DNA of 64,000 nt from Eledone cirrhosa (Eukaryota): assembly GCA_964016885.1 (NCBI GenBank), contig OZ024745.1, positions 112,282,001 through 112,346,000 of the forward strand, in the 5' to 3' direction. The position numbers were made by a program, and so were the translations under genes. Below the pieces are notes generated by a model, which saw only the letters and a program-made list of their open reading frames with translations, did no database searches and was not told the DNA's origin. Within the stretch, counting starts at the first letter, position 1. Each line of letters starts with the position of its first letter. This document shows, piece by piece, positions 15,358-27,491 of the stretch.

Positions 15358-16308
15358 TCGGTATTTAAAATAACAAAACCTTTAAAAAGCTCTTGATGTG
15401 CCGTAGCAATTTTTAGCGCCAATACACAGTTCATTGGGGATGGAAAAGGATTGAAAATCGCTGCTCCATAGTATAAATCTAATGTTTTACTTTGTCAATT
15501 CACGACTGATATCTGCCAGAATTGTTGACTTCTTTCGACAAACTATATTGTTAACATTTTGTTTCAGATTAAGTACAATCCCCCAAATGGAATCTAATTT
15601 ACAACTTCGTTAAATGTACGAAAATCTTTAGTCTAAACATCACAGTTTCTATAACAGATTTAAATTGAAGCTAGTGAAGTTACACATTTGATTGAAGTTT
15701 TAGAGTAGAGGAAAGCTGATACATCTTAATAGTTAGTTAATTGTAGGTAGCTTATTACACACCACTTCTATGACGAATGTTGAACGTCACAGTTCTGTTT
15801 TCTTTCTCTGACTAGTATCAATAGGACTGGTTATCCCTTAATGAATACTTCCGACTGCATTGATGTTAATTAATCACTATTCATTTACACTGAGCAAACG
15901 AACGACTGAATGCTCATCGTCGTAACTGACGGAGCGTCCACCTTTTCCATTAGTGTAGGAGATAAATGCATTTATCCTTTCTGAAGCACAAATTGAGATA
16001 GAAAAGAAAGAAAGGAAGAAAGAGAGAGGGGGTTATATGGGAAGGGAGAAGGAAAAATGGCCGCGTGGCCGAGTTTGCCAGATCAATTTCATAAAAGTAA
16101 CAACACATTTTCAACGCGTAACACATGATCTTAGACAGTAGCTCCAAAATGAGAATATTGCTAGCATATAAAAAAGAAAACAAGGATTGACTGTATGCAG
16201 GTCGCTTCCTATTTAGTTAGTTTATGATTTAATATACCATTTATATAACAAGTCGCTCAAATTATATATGTTGTAGTTTGCTTGAAGCATTGTTAGTGCA
16301 AATAACAT

Positions 16309-16555
16309 AGCAGTATGTTATTTGAAGGTTAATACAATGCAAAATGGACGGTAGATTTCGGAATAAATTGAAGCCAACAAAGATGTCGGAGTGTCAACTG
16401 TTATTTTTTTTACCTGTAAATAAAATTACAGGTAACACATCAACATCTTTGTTGCCTTAAATTTATTCCGAAATCTACTATCCATTTTGTATTGTCACAG
16501 CCTCCAAATAACATACTGCTGAGTGAACCTACAGTAATTGCACGTTACACTCACT

Positions 16556-16558
<3 letters not shown>
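16309..16558. mobile_element. Diverged fold-back element with one-sided tail ending in (TA)n
   Basis: AGCAGTATGTTATTTG...GTAGATTTCGGAATAAATT...CAACAAAGATGT (16309-16386) inverted against ACATCTTTGTTG...AATTTATTCCGAAATCTAC...CAAATAACATACTGCT (16444-16520). Confidence 0.75.
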
Positions 16559-16639
<81 letters not shown>

Positions 16640-16641
<2 letters not shown>

Positions 16642-16865
16642 AATGAAGAATTAGAAATAGAAGCCAGGACTATCTGTCATCAGTGGTCTACTAGCCATCA
16701 TAGGTATTTCTTCGCATTACAGACCATATACCTCAAGCTAGGGCGATACAATAACTAAATTAAGTTATTGGGATAAAAAGAGTTGGGTGGAGAAAGAGAG
16801 ACAGGTAAATAAACACGAATAGTGAGGCAACGTAAAGAGAGGAAAAAATGAGAAAATCAAGTCAA
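16640..16865 (-). repeat. Dispersed repeat (copy 1 of 2) with a CTGATGA-containing candidate pseudoknot
   Basis: Alignable with 28612-28800 (TCATCAGTG.TCT....ATCATAGG.ATTTC.TCGC.TTA.AGACCATATACC; GGTAAA.AAACA...TGAGGCAAC); both copies lie next to (TA)n. Confidence 0.7.
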
Positions 16866-17225
16866 TAATTCATTTTGAACATAAGAACTTGCGAATATTG
16901 ACGAGAAGGCAAAGACACATCTTGGCCGTACGAATGTGAGCGAGGAAAGAATTTCGTACGGTGTGGGACGATGGAGGAAATGAGAGAGAGGGTGAGTAGC
17001 AGAGAGTGAGTGAGTGAAAGTGTGAGGAAGAGGCTAGCCGAGAGAGGGTGACTAGCAGAGGGGTGAGTGAAAGTAAGAGGGAGAAGGAGACAGAAGGGGG
17101 AGAGAGAAAGAGGATAGCAGTAAGGGAACAGAAAATGTCAGGCCACAGCGAAGAGGAAAGCATATATGAATGAAAAATGGCGAGCTGTATTGCTGCAAAT
17201 ATGATATATATATATATATGTATGT

Positions 17226-17827
17226 AGGTCACCAGTTGGTGCTACTGGTAACATGTATCCCAGTACAACCTGTCTCATGGTCGGGTCGTTGGCGACTAAA
17301 CTGGCAACCCCACCTAGGTTTCTTGGTGAGGAGGGTGACTTTGGACATCCTGCAGGACTAAAAACAAAACCTGTCAAAGGGCAAAGGAGCTCGTAAGAGT
17401 CAATGGCCATCCAAAATCACCGGGAGAGATGACCCCTTAGTCTTTGCCAAGGCAGAATTCTAGGAGAAGGAAAACTCTGATATAACACCTGCAACCCTGA
17501 TGGTATCCAATGATGTTGACTTGTTCTTTTTGGTAAATATCATCTTGGTTAAGAGAGTGGGACTGGTTTTGTGCAGTGCCTTTGCTCACTATAAAAGCTT
17601 CACGGCATAGGCATTGCTTTATATCTGGAGATCTCTCTGCACTTGTCGTCACATGGTACCATGGGCCCAGCACTATGTGTCAATAATTGTCACAAGTGTA
17701 GTGTTTGTACCAGAGTTTTCAAGTCGCTGGTTGGGCTAAAAAGTCACACTCGTTCAGCGCATCGGTAGGGGTTCTCCTACATGGATATAAAGTAGTGGCC
17801 GTACTCGAAAACGAGTTGGCAGCCACC

Positions 17828-17830
<3 letters not shown>
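17226..17830 (+). mobile_element. Non-autonomous, internally deleted RTE-type retroelement (~605 bp), copy 1
   Basis: Highly similar inverted copy at 41043-41647; the 3' part encodes a C2H2 finger HKCSVCTRVFKSLVGLKSHTRSAH* (17691-17768), then a short 3' UTR and a TATG/TA tail; no RT sequence. Confidence 0.75.
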
Positions 17831-17860
<30 letters not shown>

Positions 17861-17983
17861 CTCATACATATATAATTATATACTCATACATATATACATA
17901 TACATAAACATACACACACCCACACACTCACACATATGTACACAGAAACATATATTTATGTATACATACATATATCTATATAT

Positions 17984-18195
17984 CAGGGGTGGTAGAGGTG
18001 GGGAGCAAATTTGGACAATTGAGTTGTAGGGATTAGTTTAGCTCTTTGCACTCTAAAATGCTCAGAAAACTTCGATATGCGATAAACATAACCTGTACAT
18101 AAATTGTAGCGCATATCCAAATAGATGTGTGTTTTGGTAGTTTGGGGTAAATATAATTATTGGAGCGGGGCGCCTTCATAGTTCCACCGCCTCAG
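17984..18195. mobile_element. Short dispersed repeat, possibly a hAT-type MITE (copy 1)
   Basis: Starts CAGGGG; shares GATTAGTTTAGCT...CGATATGCGATAAACATAAC.TGTAC.TAAAT.GTAGCGCATATCCAAATA with 19438-19680. Confidence 0.5.
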
Positions 18196-18645
18196 TATAT
18201 ATATAATTTAAAAAAAAATTATGCTCTGTGCCCTTTCCTAAGAGTTAATATATCGAGCTTCTTCGCATTTGGCAAGAAACTGGTATTATACCCAATTTAT
18301 TCATCTCCTATATATATGTGTGGGTGAATACAGTGTGTGGGATTTAAAACTTCCTGTTAATGTTTCAATTTTAAACTACATGTTAGTGTTTCAACGTAAA
18401 TTTAAGCTGTAAACTTAATCTTACATATCTCAGCTGACCTAGTTATCAGGAATTAGTTATCTGCATCCAGGGCCAAATTTAGTTTGGGCGTGGCTCTAAG
18501 CTTTAAAAATACACCAAAATGTCTACGGATTGTGAAGCTACAAGCTTCAATGACAGTACTTACTAATTTAGGTTCAACGTGAGCGAATTTTTTTTTTAGG
18601 CGGGTCGATTACATCGATTTATTTTATCGACCAGGAAACATGAAA

Positions 18646-18903
18646 GCTGGTTAGGACACGCCACACGACTTTCAAATAAGTTAATCAAGTTTTGTATTGG
18701 TAACCCCACGGAAAGAGGCGAACAGAACGTCCTAAGAAGAACTGGCGGAGGACAATCGACAGGGACTTGAAACCCGTCAACAAAAGTTGGAACAATTTAT
18801 TGAAAGATGCAACTGACCGTAATCATTGGACCACTTTGGCTGCTTCATGCGTCATAAGTCGCACGAGCTTCTAAGCTAAGCTAAGCTAGGTTAAGCTAAG
18901 CTA
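18646..18903 (+). pseudogene. RTE-clade LINE 3' end with (CTAAG)n tail, nested inside a SINE
   Basis: WLGHATR...HGKRRTERPKKNWRRTIDRDLKPVNKSWNNLLKDATDRNHWTTLAASC; SINE halves at ~18597-18645 and ~18908-19020. Confidence 0.8.
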
Positions 18904-19122
18904 AAAAGCATAAAAGGCAAAATTAATCTCGGCGAGATTTGAACTCATAATGAAAAAGGTCGGAATAAATATCGCGTTGAATTTTGTCAGATACTTTAAA
19001 GATTCTGTTAATCCAGTCAAACTAGGGAATGACATGATTTCTCTCTCTCTCTCACACATATGATGTCAGGTAAACAGAAAAATTGTATATTTTAAAAATT
19101 ATCAATAAGTTAGTCAGGAGAA

Positions 19123-19352
19123 TAGTGGATTGGCAGAATTGTTAGAGCGTCAGACAAAAATGTTACGGTCTTTAGTTATGGCTGTTTATTATTCAGGAAT
19201 CCGGGTGTAAATCTCGCCGCGGTAAACTTTGCTGTTCATCCTTCCAGGGTCGATAGATAAAGTACCAATCAAGTGCTAGGGTCGATTTCGATTTAATAGA
19301 CTTTTCCCATCCTTCATAATTGCTTGTCTTGTGCCCAAAGTAGAAACCATTG
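19123..19352 (+). mobile_element. tRNA-derived SINE related to family S
   Basis: AGTGGATTGGCAGAATTGTTAGAGCGTC...AACTTTGCTGTTCATCCTT...CTTGTGCCCAAAGTAGAAAC. Confidence 0.75.
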
Positions 19353-19437
19353 TTAAAATAACCAAGGAATAAAACGATGGGTAATGACTACGAAACATTG
19401 AAAGCACCCCCCCCCCCCACTCCCGAGTGGTGTAATT

Positions 19438-19680
19438 CAGGGACGGTGAAAGCATTTCTGAATTGAAGGGACAAATTTCGTCAATTTAATTGTAGTGATT
19501 AGTTTAGCTGTTATCAAATATCAATCAAGATATAAAAAAAAAACTACGATATGCGATAAACATAACATGTACTTAAATAGTAGCGCATATCCAAATATAT
19601 GTGTTTTATGATTATTGGATTAGGGTTAGAGTTAGGGCTCAATGTCCCCCCCCCCCCCCCCCAGTTCTATCGATCCCGAA
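19438..19680. mobile_element. Short dispersed repeat, possibly a hAT-type MITE (copy 2)
   Basis: Starts CAGGGA; homologous to 17984-18195. Confidence 0.5.
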
Positions 19681-20068
19681 TTGATGTGGTTGAATATTTA
19701 TAGGGGTAATGTTTGTAGGAAATCGAGCGGGACGGAAGTGGTGACTAGCTCGAATATTTGCAACAGAGTAAAGCCTTCCTCTGTTAAAAGCACCCAAGAA
19801 CTAGGTGGTTATCTTAAACCAAATGTAAAATGTCAACTCTAGTAACTACAAGGATATTTTACATTTTTGCAACCCTGAATGTTAGCAAAGGATATTACCT
19901 AAAAGAGCCCAGGTATTTCGAAGAGAGGAAGTTATGGCTGTATTTGAGTTTAACTAAACAAATGACTAAATTCACCACTTATTTGGTTAACGTCCACATT
20001 TTGCAAAATACATATGGATACGTATACGTACATGTGCATACGTACTCGTGCGGGCTTATGCACACGCG

Positions 20069-20160
<92 letters not shown>

Positions 20161-20241
20161 AAAACATGCTTACATACACATGAATACATGTACACAGACT
20201 TATTCACACACATATATATATATATATATTTATTTAAATCG

Positions 20242-20283
<42 letters not shown>

Positions 20284-21099
20284 GTATTTCCCCACTTACC
20301 CTCTCTCTTTCTATTTATAAATACTGTACGTTCAGACGCACACACACACACACAGACACAAACACACTCACACACAGTGTCAAGCAATATTACACAAACC
20401 CCCACCTTTACTCTACTTCACCATGTCTAACTATTTGAGACCAAAGTCACCTTCTCTTTGTGACGTTGTTTTATGTACACATCACCTCAGCTGATTATAG
20501 GATTTCAGCATAAAAAGACAACTTTGAAATAGGAAAGATGACAGCATGTTAACAGCAGTGTCATCAACACATTCACCCCGTCGTCATGGTAGTAGTGATG
20601 TAGGTGGCGCTAATGACAGTTCTGGAGGTGGTAGTGTGTGTGTCATGATGGTGGAGGTGGTGGGAGTAGTTACATACGTAGAAGATGGAAGATGTATTAG
20701 CGCTGATAATTGAAATAGTGTTGTGTTGTTTAATACCAGACTAGCCGTGGCTGAACTGAGATGGGATCAAATATGTTCCACCCATGACCATCCTGTTTTT
20801 CTTCTTTTTTGACAGTAGGGTCTGATTTAAGAGAGATTTAGCTGCACTTTTTAGCAGGCTGAGTGACCGCATAAAGGCTTTTTTCGTTATTGTTGGTGTC
20901 GGTGGTGGTAGTAGTTTAAATCATAGTGGTGGTAGTGAGTGCAAATGTAGGGATATTGGTGTTGTTAATGAATGGATTAACAGCAATAGTAGTATTGGTT
21001 GTGCTAGTAGTTGTGGTGTTGGAAAATGTTGACAGATTTTGTTGTAACAGTGCTGGTGGTAGTGATGTTGAAGGCAGTGTCAGTAATAGTTGTGAAGGC

Positions 21100-21700
21100 G
21101 GTGTTAGTGGTAATGATATATGTATTGGTAGTGGTGCTGGTGGTGATAGTGGTAGTGCTAGTGGCTTTAACGGTGGTAGGGATGTTGAAGGCGGTGACCA
21201 CAGATGTTTTGGTAGCTGTAGTGGTAGTGGTGCTGGTGGTGATAGTGGTAGTGCTTGTAGCTTTAACGGTGGTAGGGATGTTGAAGGCGGTGACCACAGA
21301 TGTTTTGGTAGCTGTATTGGTAGTGGTGCTGGTGGTGATAGTGGTAGTGCTAGTGGCTTTAACGGTGGTAGGGATGTTGAAGGCGGTGACCACAGATGTT
21401 TTGGTAGCTGTAGTGGTAGTGGTGCTGGTGGTGATAGTGGTAGTGCTAGTGGCTTTAACGGTGGTAGGGATGTTGAAGGCGGTGACCACAGATGTTTTGG
21501 TAGCTGTAGTGGTAGTGGTGCTGGTGGTGATAGTGGTAGTGCTAGTGGTAATGATATATGTATTGGTAGTGGTGCTGGTGATGGTACTGGTAGTGCTAGT
21601 GGCTTTAACGGTGGTAGGGATGTTGAAGGCGGTGACCACAGATGTTTTGGTAGCAGTAGTGGTAGTGGGGCTGGTGGTGATAGTGATAGTGCTAGTGGTA
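21100..21700. repeat. 93-bp minisatellite derived from (GGT/AGT)n, open in three frames
   Basis: The unit containing TTTAACGGTGGTAGGGATGTTGAAGGCGGTGACCACAGATGTTTTGGTAGC recurs five times; ORFs 20926..21780(+), 21004..21783(-) and 21011..21706(+). Confidence 0.9.
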
Positions 21701-21757
21701 TTATAGATGTTGGCGAAGTTGCTTTCGTTAGCGGATTTGTTTTCTACAATTATAGAA

Positions 21758-21945
21758 TTAATAATTGTTTCTACTTTTGACACAAGGCCAGCAATTATCC
21801 CAGTGTATTACTGGTACTTTATTTCATCGACCCCGTAAGGATGAAAGGCAAAGTTAACCTCGGCGGGATTTGAACTCAGGCCATAAAGGGCCGTAACTCT
21901 TTGCTACAAAGCATGGCGTCTGACCCTCTACCGACACTGTCAATA
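21758..21945 (-). mobile_element. SINE family S
   Basis: Full body with B box and degenerate A box; duplicated at 63385-63570. Confidence 0.85.
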
Positions 21946-22074
21946 ATAATTAGTTTTAACATAAGCGCGTAGCCACAAATGGAATGGTTAGTCAACTCCA
22001 GATACTTGATTGGTATTTTATTTTATCGCCCTCGGAAGGATGAAAGACAAAAAAATACAACTACTAAACATTCC

Positions 22075-22705
22075 CAGAAAAACACCATTACATGTCAGCT
22101 TCCTTAAGCAAATGTTGCACGCAACTGGAACCTTCGCTATCGCTGTAAATTGTAAATGATAGGCCTCACAGTTACCGAGGAATTCTCATGGCGAGTACAC
22201 ACCTCTAATACAGTTAGCACTGCCTACCAAAGACTTGCACTTCTCTTCAGGGAAATACTTCATCCACCAACGATCTATATAGCTCTCTAAAAAGGTCAGG
22301 TGAAACCCACAATGGAGTTCTGCTCCAACATCTGGGATAGTGCTGCCTCTACCCACGCTGACATCCAAATAAAAGTAATGTCATTCGATTTGTTAAAAGA
22401 AAGTCACTCGCACGCACTCTCCCGCCGTTGGCCCATAGACAGTTGTCTCTTCCTTCTTCTCCTTCAAGCTCTATTACGATGGCCTCTTCTCTTTGGCGCT
22501 TGCCAGTCCCTTGTCACCTCCACTCAGACACTTCCGACTCGCTCGTCTCTCTTCCACTCATCATCCATGTTGTTTCCAAACCTTAAGCACACACTACACA
22601 CTAAAGTTAAGTCCTTCCTATTCAGAACGTTGGTTCTCTTTCAAATATTCCTTTGAAATATTTCTTTAAAACATTCTTCTAGGTCATGCAAAAAAAAAAA
22701 AAAAT
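22075..22705 (+). pseudogene. Decayed CR1/Zenon-like LINE 3' fragment with poly(A)
   Basis: IGLTVTEEFSW then KGQVKPTMEFCSNIWDSAA resembles the LYKAQVRP.MEYCS.IW motif; frameshifted; A-tract at 22690-22703. Confidence 0.6.
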
Positions 22706-22713
22706 AATAATAA

Positions 22714-22893
22714 TAATTGTTTCTACTTTTGGCACAAGGCCAGCAATTACATTGCTGGTACTTTATTTTATCGACCCCGTAAGGATGAAAGGCAAAGTTA
22801 ACCTCGCCGAGATTTGAACTCAGATCGTAAAGGGACGTAACTCTATGCGTCAAAGCATGGCGTCCGACCCTCTACCGATACTGCCAATCCACT
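22714..22893 (-). mobile_element. SINE family S
   Basis: Minus strand GTGGATTGGCAGTATCGGTAGAG (A box) ... GAGTTCAAATCTC (B box); (TTA)n tail. Confidence 0.9.
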
Positions 22894-24254
22894 AATAATA
22901 AAAAAAAGGAAACAAAAACCCAAAAGATAAAGTTAACTTGCAACAGTTTAAGTGGGACATTAACGGAATGGATTTCTCCGGTCTCGGAGGAACTGCGAAG
23001 GCTATGGGCCTTGTCTCTTCCACCAGAAATACAAAATAGAAAATAATAATCTAGTATAGGAGAGAGTAAGACGCGATGTGGCAGGGCAGAAATAATCTGA
23101 TAATGTTGAGAAAGGAATTAAGCTCATTATATTGACAATTCTTCTTGAAATCACTAAGAAACATAGAAAATATACATACGATAAATACCTACAGCTATTG
23201 AATCAATATTATTAAGCAGCTGAAGTGCGGTGGATTGGCAGTATTGGTAGAGGGTTGGTGGTTGAGGCAATAATGTTTATGGTTGTGGCAGTAGTAGTGT
23301 GGCGATTGTGTTGATGGTGATAATTGTGATGGTAGTGGTGATGATATGACTGTGATCTGTGATGGTGGCGGAGGTAGTAGTAGTAGTGGTGTTGGTGATG
23401 GTTGTGATGCGAATAGTAACACACACACATACACACACGCACATACACATACACACACTCATACTTATACACACTAAAACATTTTGCATGGCGAATTGAC
23501 AATGATAATTATGATGATGATTAGGACAATTATAATCATGATGATGATGATGATTATTATAATGATGATGATGATGACTATGGTGATGCTGATGGCACTG
23601 ACAACAATGAGTTATGTAGTAAAAGTGAAAGTAGAGATTTATCTAGAATGTGAAAATACAGGATACTAGTCTTTAGTTCAATCTTTCGTAGTTATTTGAA
23701 GTGCTAGTAAAAATAGAAGAGAAAGAAATAGTGATCGTTGGTGTTTTGAATTGCTTTGAAGTGAAAGTAGATGAGGTTAGTTTCAGCTTTGTAATGCTAT
23801 GTTGCCGTGAAAGTGGAAGTAATATAAAACTTCTGACTTTAGCTCTTGAGCAGAGATTTTCAAACTCTGTTGATGCTGCGACATGTTAAAGTATCGCTGA
23901 TAATTTCTAGTTGTGTCGAGAATCTGATTAATTTTTATGAACAATTAGCTGTGAAGTATATTTGAGATCTGATAACTCTGCCTACAATTACATTTATGCT
24001 TGATTGGCCTTACGTGTATGATATTTAATAGTTAATTTGTTAATTTCGTGTCGCTAACTAAACTTTATTGAGTCACGAAAACTATGTCTCCAATGTAAAG
24101 AGTTCGTAAAGTTCTGGTTTAGAGTTTGTGTAGATTTGACGTAAATACAGTTTCCTAAGCGCTGGGTTATAGCATTTTGTAAGGAAAGACGAAGGTGTTA
24201 GTATTTAGCTCTGGGTTATGTTGTGAGTTGCCGTTAGAGCAAACACAGAAGACG

Positions 24255-24405
24255 ACGAATTGGCAGTCGTTAGAACGTCGGACAGAGTGCTCTGTAGCAT
24301 TTGTTCCGTTTCTCTGTTCTCTCGGTTCAAATATCGCCGATGTCAACTTTGCCTTTCATCCTTTCGAGGTAGGTAAGAAAGTACCAGAGTTGTACTGGGG
24401 GTTGA
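24255..24405 (+). mobile_element. SINE related to family S
   Basis: GAATTGGCAGTCGTTAGAACGTCGGAC...GGTTCAAATATCGCCGATGTCAACTTTGCCTTTCATCC. Confidence 0.7.
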
Positions 24406-25229
24406 TTCTTCCTCTATATCTTTCTCACTTCCTCTCTTTCACTTTCTATCTTTCTCTGGAAGGAATCTGCTGTACTCAGGCCTGGAGATAGATGGGCTCT
24501 TCCAGGCTTAAAATGCCCAAGAAACGCCTTATGTCAATACGGTGCTCCTACGATTCCATCAGGAGTTACGAGACTATACCATACCACCATGCAATGTTTT
24601 GTAATGAGAGCAAAAATAGAATACGCTTGTCTTTAGTTAAGCAGAGTTTTGTAGTGAAAGAATGTTTTCTTTGATTCTATTATAATTCCACTCTCATCTA
24701 GAATACATTATAGAAATAGAAATCAACACCAGTATTTGAACTCAGCGTGATTTGAACTCAGAATGTAAAGGACCTTAGTTAAAAACCACAAGGCATTTTA
24801 TCAGACGCTCTAAATATTTTACCAAACAATGGCTTAAGATACTAGTGTACTATATCCTTTCTATAAGACGAACCTTATCGCTGATGTAATCCACAAAGCT
24901 GGTTAAAAGTCAATCTTCATGTAAATAAATTCAAACTGTATGAATGTGTTGGTACAGAGCACTTAAATAATAATTCAACAAATAGCAAAGGTGGAAATTA
25001 AATCATTCTATTCCCGTGTTTCTGCAAAAAAAAAAAAAAAATTAAATATACAAAATGAAAAAAAAAAAAACTTGATCAAGCTCCATTAATAATATATTTA
25101 ATTACTGTTTTTATCTATAATAATCTGATCTTTGACTCATTGAATGATTACCTTTGTTTATATTTTATATTTACGCCTCGAAGAAGACAGAAAATGATGA
25201 AGGAAGAGATGCTTCTATATTGACACATC

Positions 25230-25415
25230 AGTGAATTGGCAGTATCGGTAGAGGGTTGGACGCCATGCTTTCTAGCATAGTTACGTCCCTTTACAGTCTG
25301 ATTTCAAATCCCGCCGAGGTTAACTTTGCCTTTCATCCTTACGGGGTCGATAAAATAAAGTACCAGTATTGTACTGGGTAATTGCTGGCCTTGTGCCTAA
25401 AGTAGAAACAATTAT
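25230..25415 (+). mobile_element. SINE family S
   Basis: GTGAATTGGCAGTATCGGTAGAGGG...AACTTTGCCTTTCATCCTTACGGGGTCGATAAAATAAAGTACCAG...AAGTAGAAACAATTAT. Confidence 0.9.
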
Positions 25416-25589
25416 AACAATCACACGCTACACATCGATAAAACACATCGTTATTAATGCGTCGTTGACATAAACTCTGTTTTAAATGACTACAGCATTT
25501 AATACCATCATGAGAGACAATTAATAAGAAAAAAAGAAAAGAGAATGTCATGAGTTAGAAGTTAAGTTAATTTTAAGTATTATTAAAGA

Positions 25590-25766
25590 GAATCGGTAGA
25601 ATGTCGGATCAAATGCTTCATGGCATAGAGTTACGGCCCTTTAGCTCGACCTTTCATCCTTACAGGGTCGGTAAAATAAAGTGTCAGTAATACACTGGGG
25701 CCAATTTAATCGACTTTTCCCTCCGCTTCAAATTGCTGGCCTTATGCCTAAAGTAGAAATAATTAT
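25590..25766 (+). mobile_element. SINE family S with internal deletion
   Basis: GAATCGGTAGA...CATAGAGTTACGGCCCTTTA / CCTTTCATCCTTACAGGGTCG...AAGTAGAAAT. Confidence 0.75.
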
Positions 25767-26057
25767 TAGAATTAACAGAAATAATTCTTTTACTTAATTA
25801 TGTTCACCAGTGGTATAGAAATTAAAAGACTAACATTTATATTATATAATTATTATTCGTGTAAGAATAAATGCACCATAAAAAGTAAAAGTGTATTATT
25901 CAACATTTATTTACTTAGGATAAAGGAATTGTTTTGAAGTGTTTAATTGTAGATGATTAATTATAAAGAATTCAAATACTTATAATGGTTTCTTAGAATG
26001 AGAAATATTAAATTATATGTAGATTCATAAACGTAATAATACAGTAATAATAATAAT

Positions 26058-26250
26058 AATTGTTTCTTCTTTTGGCACAAGGACAGCAATTATTCCAGTG
26101 CATTACTGGTGCTTTATTTTATCGAACCCTTAAGGATGAAAGGCAAAGTTAACCTCGGTGGGATTTGAACTCAGAACGTAAAGGGATGTAACTCTATGCT
26201 GTAAAGCATGGCGTCCGATCTTTTACCGATACTGCCAATCTACCGCTCCT
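26058..26250 (-). mobile_element. SINE family S
   Basis: Full-length body flanked by (AAT)n. Confidence 0.9.
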
Positions 26251-26660
26251 AATAATAATAATGACAATAATGATAACAACAATAATAAAAAAGAAAAGGA
26301 AACAAAGAAAAAAAGAATAGGAAACTATAGAGAAAAAAGAGAAAAAGAAAGAAAAAAGGGAAGCGGAAGGGATGGCAAGAAGTGTGGTGTCGCAGAAGAG
26401 AGGGGAGGGGTGAAGGGGAGGGTGATTGGTCTTTGAGCCTAGGGCATGGGGGAACAAGGGCTGTGCCACGGGGACAAGACTGCAAAAGCATTCTCGCGGA
26501 CAATCGCCTGTGACACCCGCTGCAACAGCCACCCAACCTCGCGGGGCTCCTTCCTCAGACGGGCCACCGACGTTCCGATCTTGCGGAGGAGCTCGACTAT
26601 ACGGGATTCAAGTACGCCTGAGGTCACGACGGCGACCGCTAAAAGTAAACAGAATTCCTA
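26250..26660 (-). pseudogene. 3' end of a CRE-clade (restriction-like endonuclease) non-LTR retrotransposon
   Basis: ORF 26439..26627: TSGVLESRIVELLRKIGTSVARLRKEPREVGWLLQRVSQAIVRENAFAVL fits the ET.G....L..G.......EPRE..WL.QR.S.A..RGNA C-terminus; pyrimidine-rich 3' UTR running into (TTA)n-like sequence; GC-rich island. Confidence 0.7.
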
Positions 26661-27387
26661 AGAAAATATCTTAATTATGTTCAAAGGTATTAACAAATTA
26701 ACATTTAGTCTTTAATTAGTGCTCTTGCAAGAACAAATGTATAGTTCACTTGTAAAAGTATTAATCAGAATGTATTTACTAAAAATAAAGGACTTCTTTC
26801 TTTCTTTTCATGCAAGATCACGTCTAATGGTCGCAAATATGCGATGAAATGTTATGACATATATATGTGTATATCTGAGACTATATATGTATGTATATCA
26901 TTATCGTTCACTAACATATTTTTTCATACACAAAGCCTCGTTATCAAAACATTATAAAATTGGTTTCCCAGGAACCACTGCATGGAGGCGAGGATGGCTC
27001 GGTTTCCAAAAAGAAATTTGGGTTTGGAAAATGTTGAATTATAGAGAATTAATTAAATATTTATGACAATTCCATAAATGAGGAATTTATATTATCTATG
27101 TAGGTCATAAATTATTCTTCAAATCGGAAAAAAAAAACTTATGTTTATCAATTGTATAAACATTAACATATTAAATTATTTTAGAATTATTACTTGTGTA
27201 AGAACACATGTATTCTAAAAATGTCAAATATTTATTATTCAGGATTAATTTAATATGGATAAAAGTTTGAAAAGTTGTATAATATATAGAACGATTAACA
27301 GAGAATTTAAATAAATGTGATATTTCCATACAACCTTTTATGATATATATATATATATATGTATGTATATCATAAAAGGTTGTATGG

Positions 27388-27432
<45 letters not shown>

Positions 27433-27491
27433 TAGAGAGAGAGAGAGAGAGAAAGAGAGAGGAGGGAGGGAGAAAGAGGTAGAGAGAGAGA

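Noticed and set aside
16683-16760. Plus-strand HDV-like ribozyme (P1 GTGGTCT/AGACCAT, L3-like TTCTTCGC)
   Set aside because: There is no P1.1 GG and no P2, and the P1 pairing is broken in the second copy.
22830-22893. tRNA genes suggested by A and B boxes
   Set aside because: These are SINE heads followed by SINE body sequence, with no cloverleaf.
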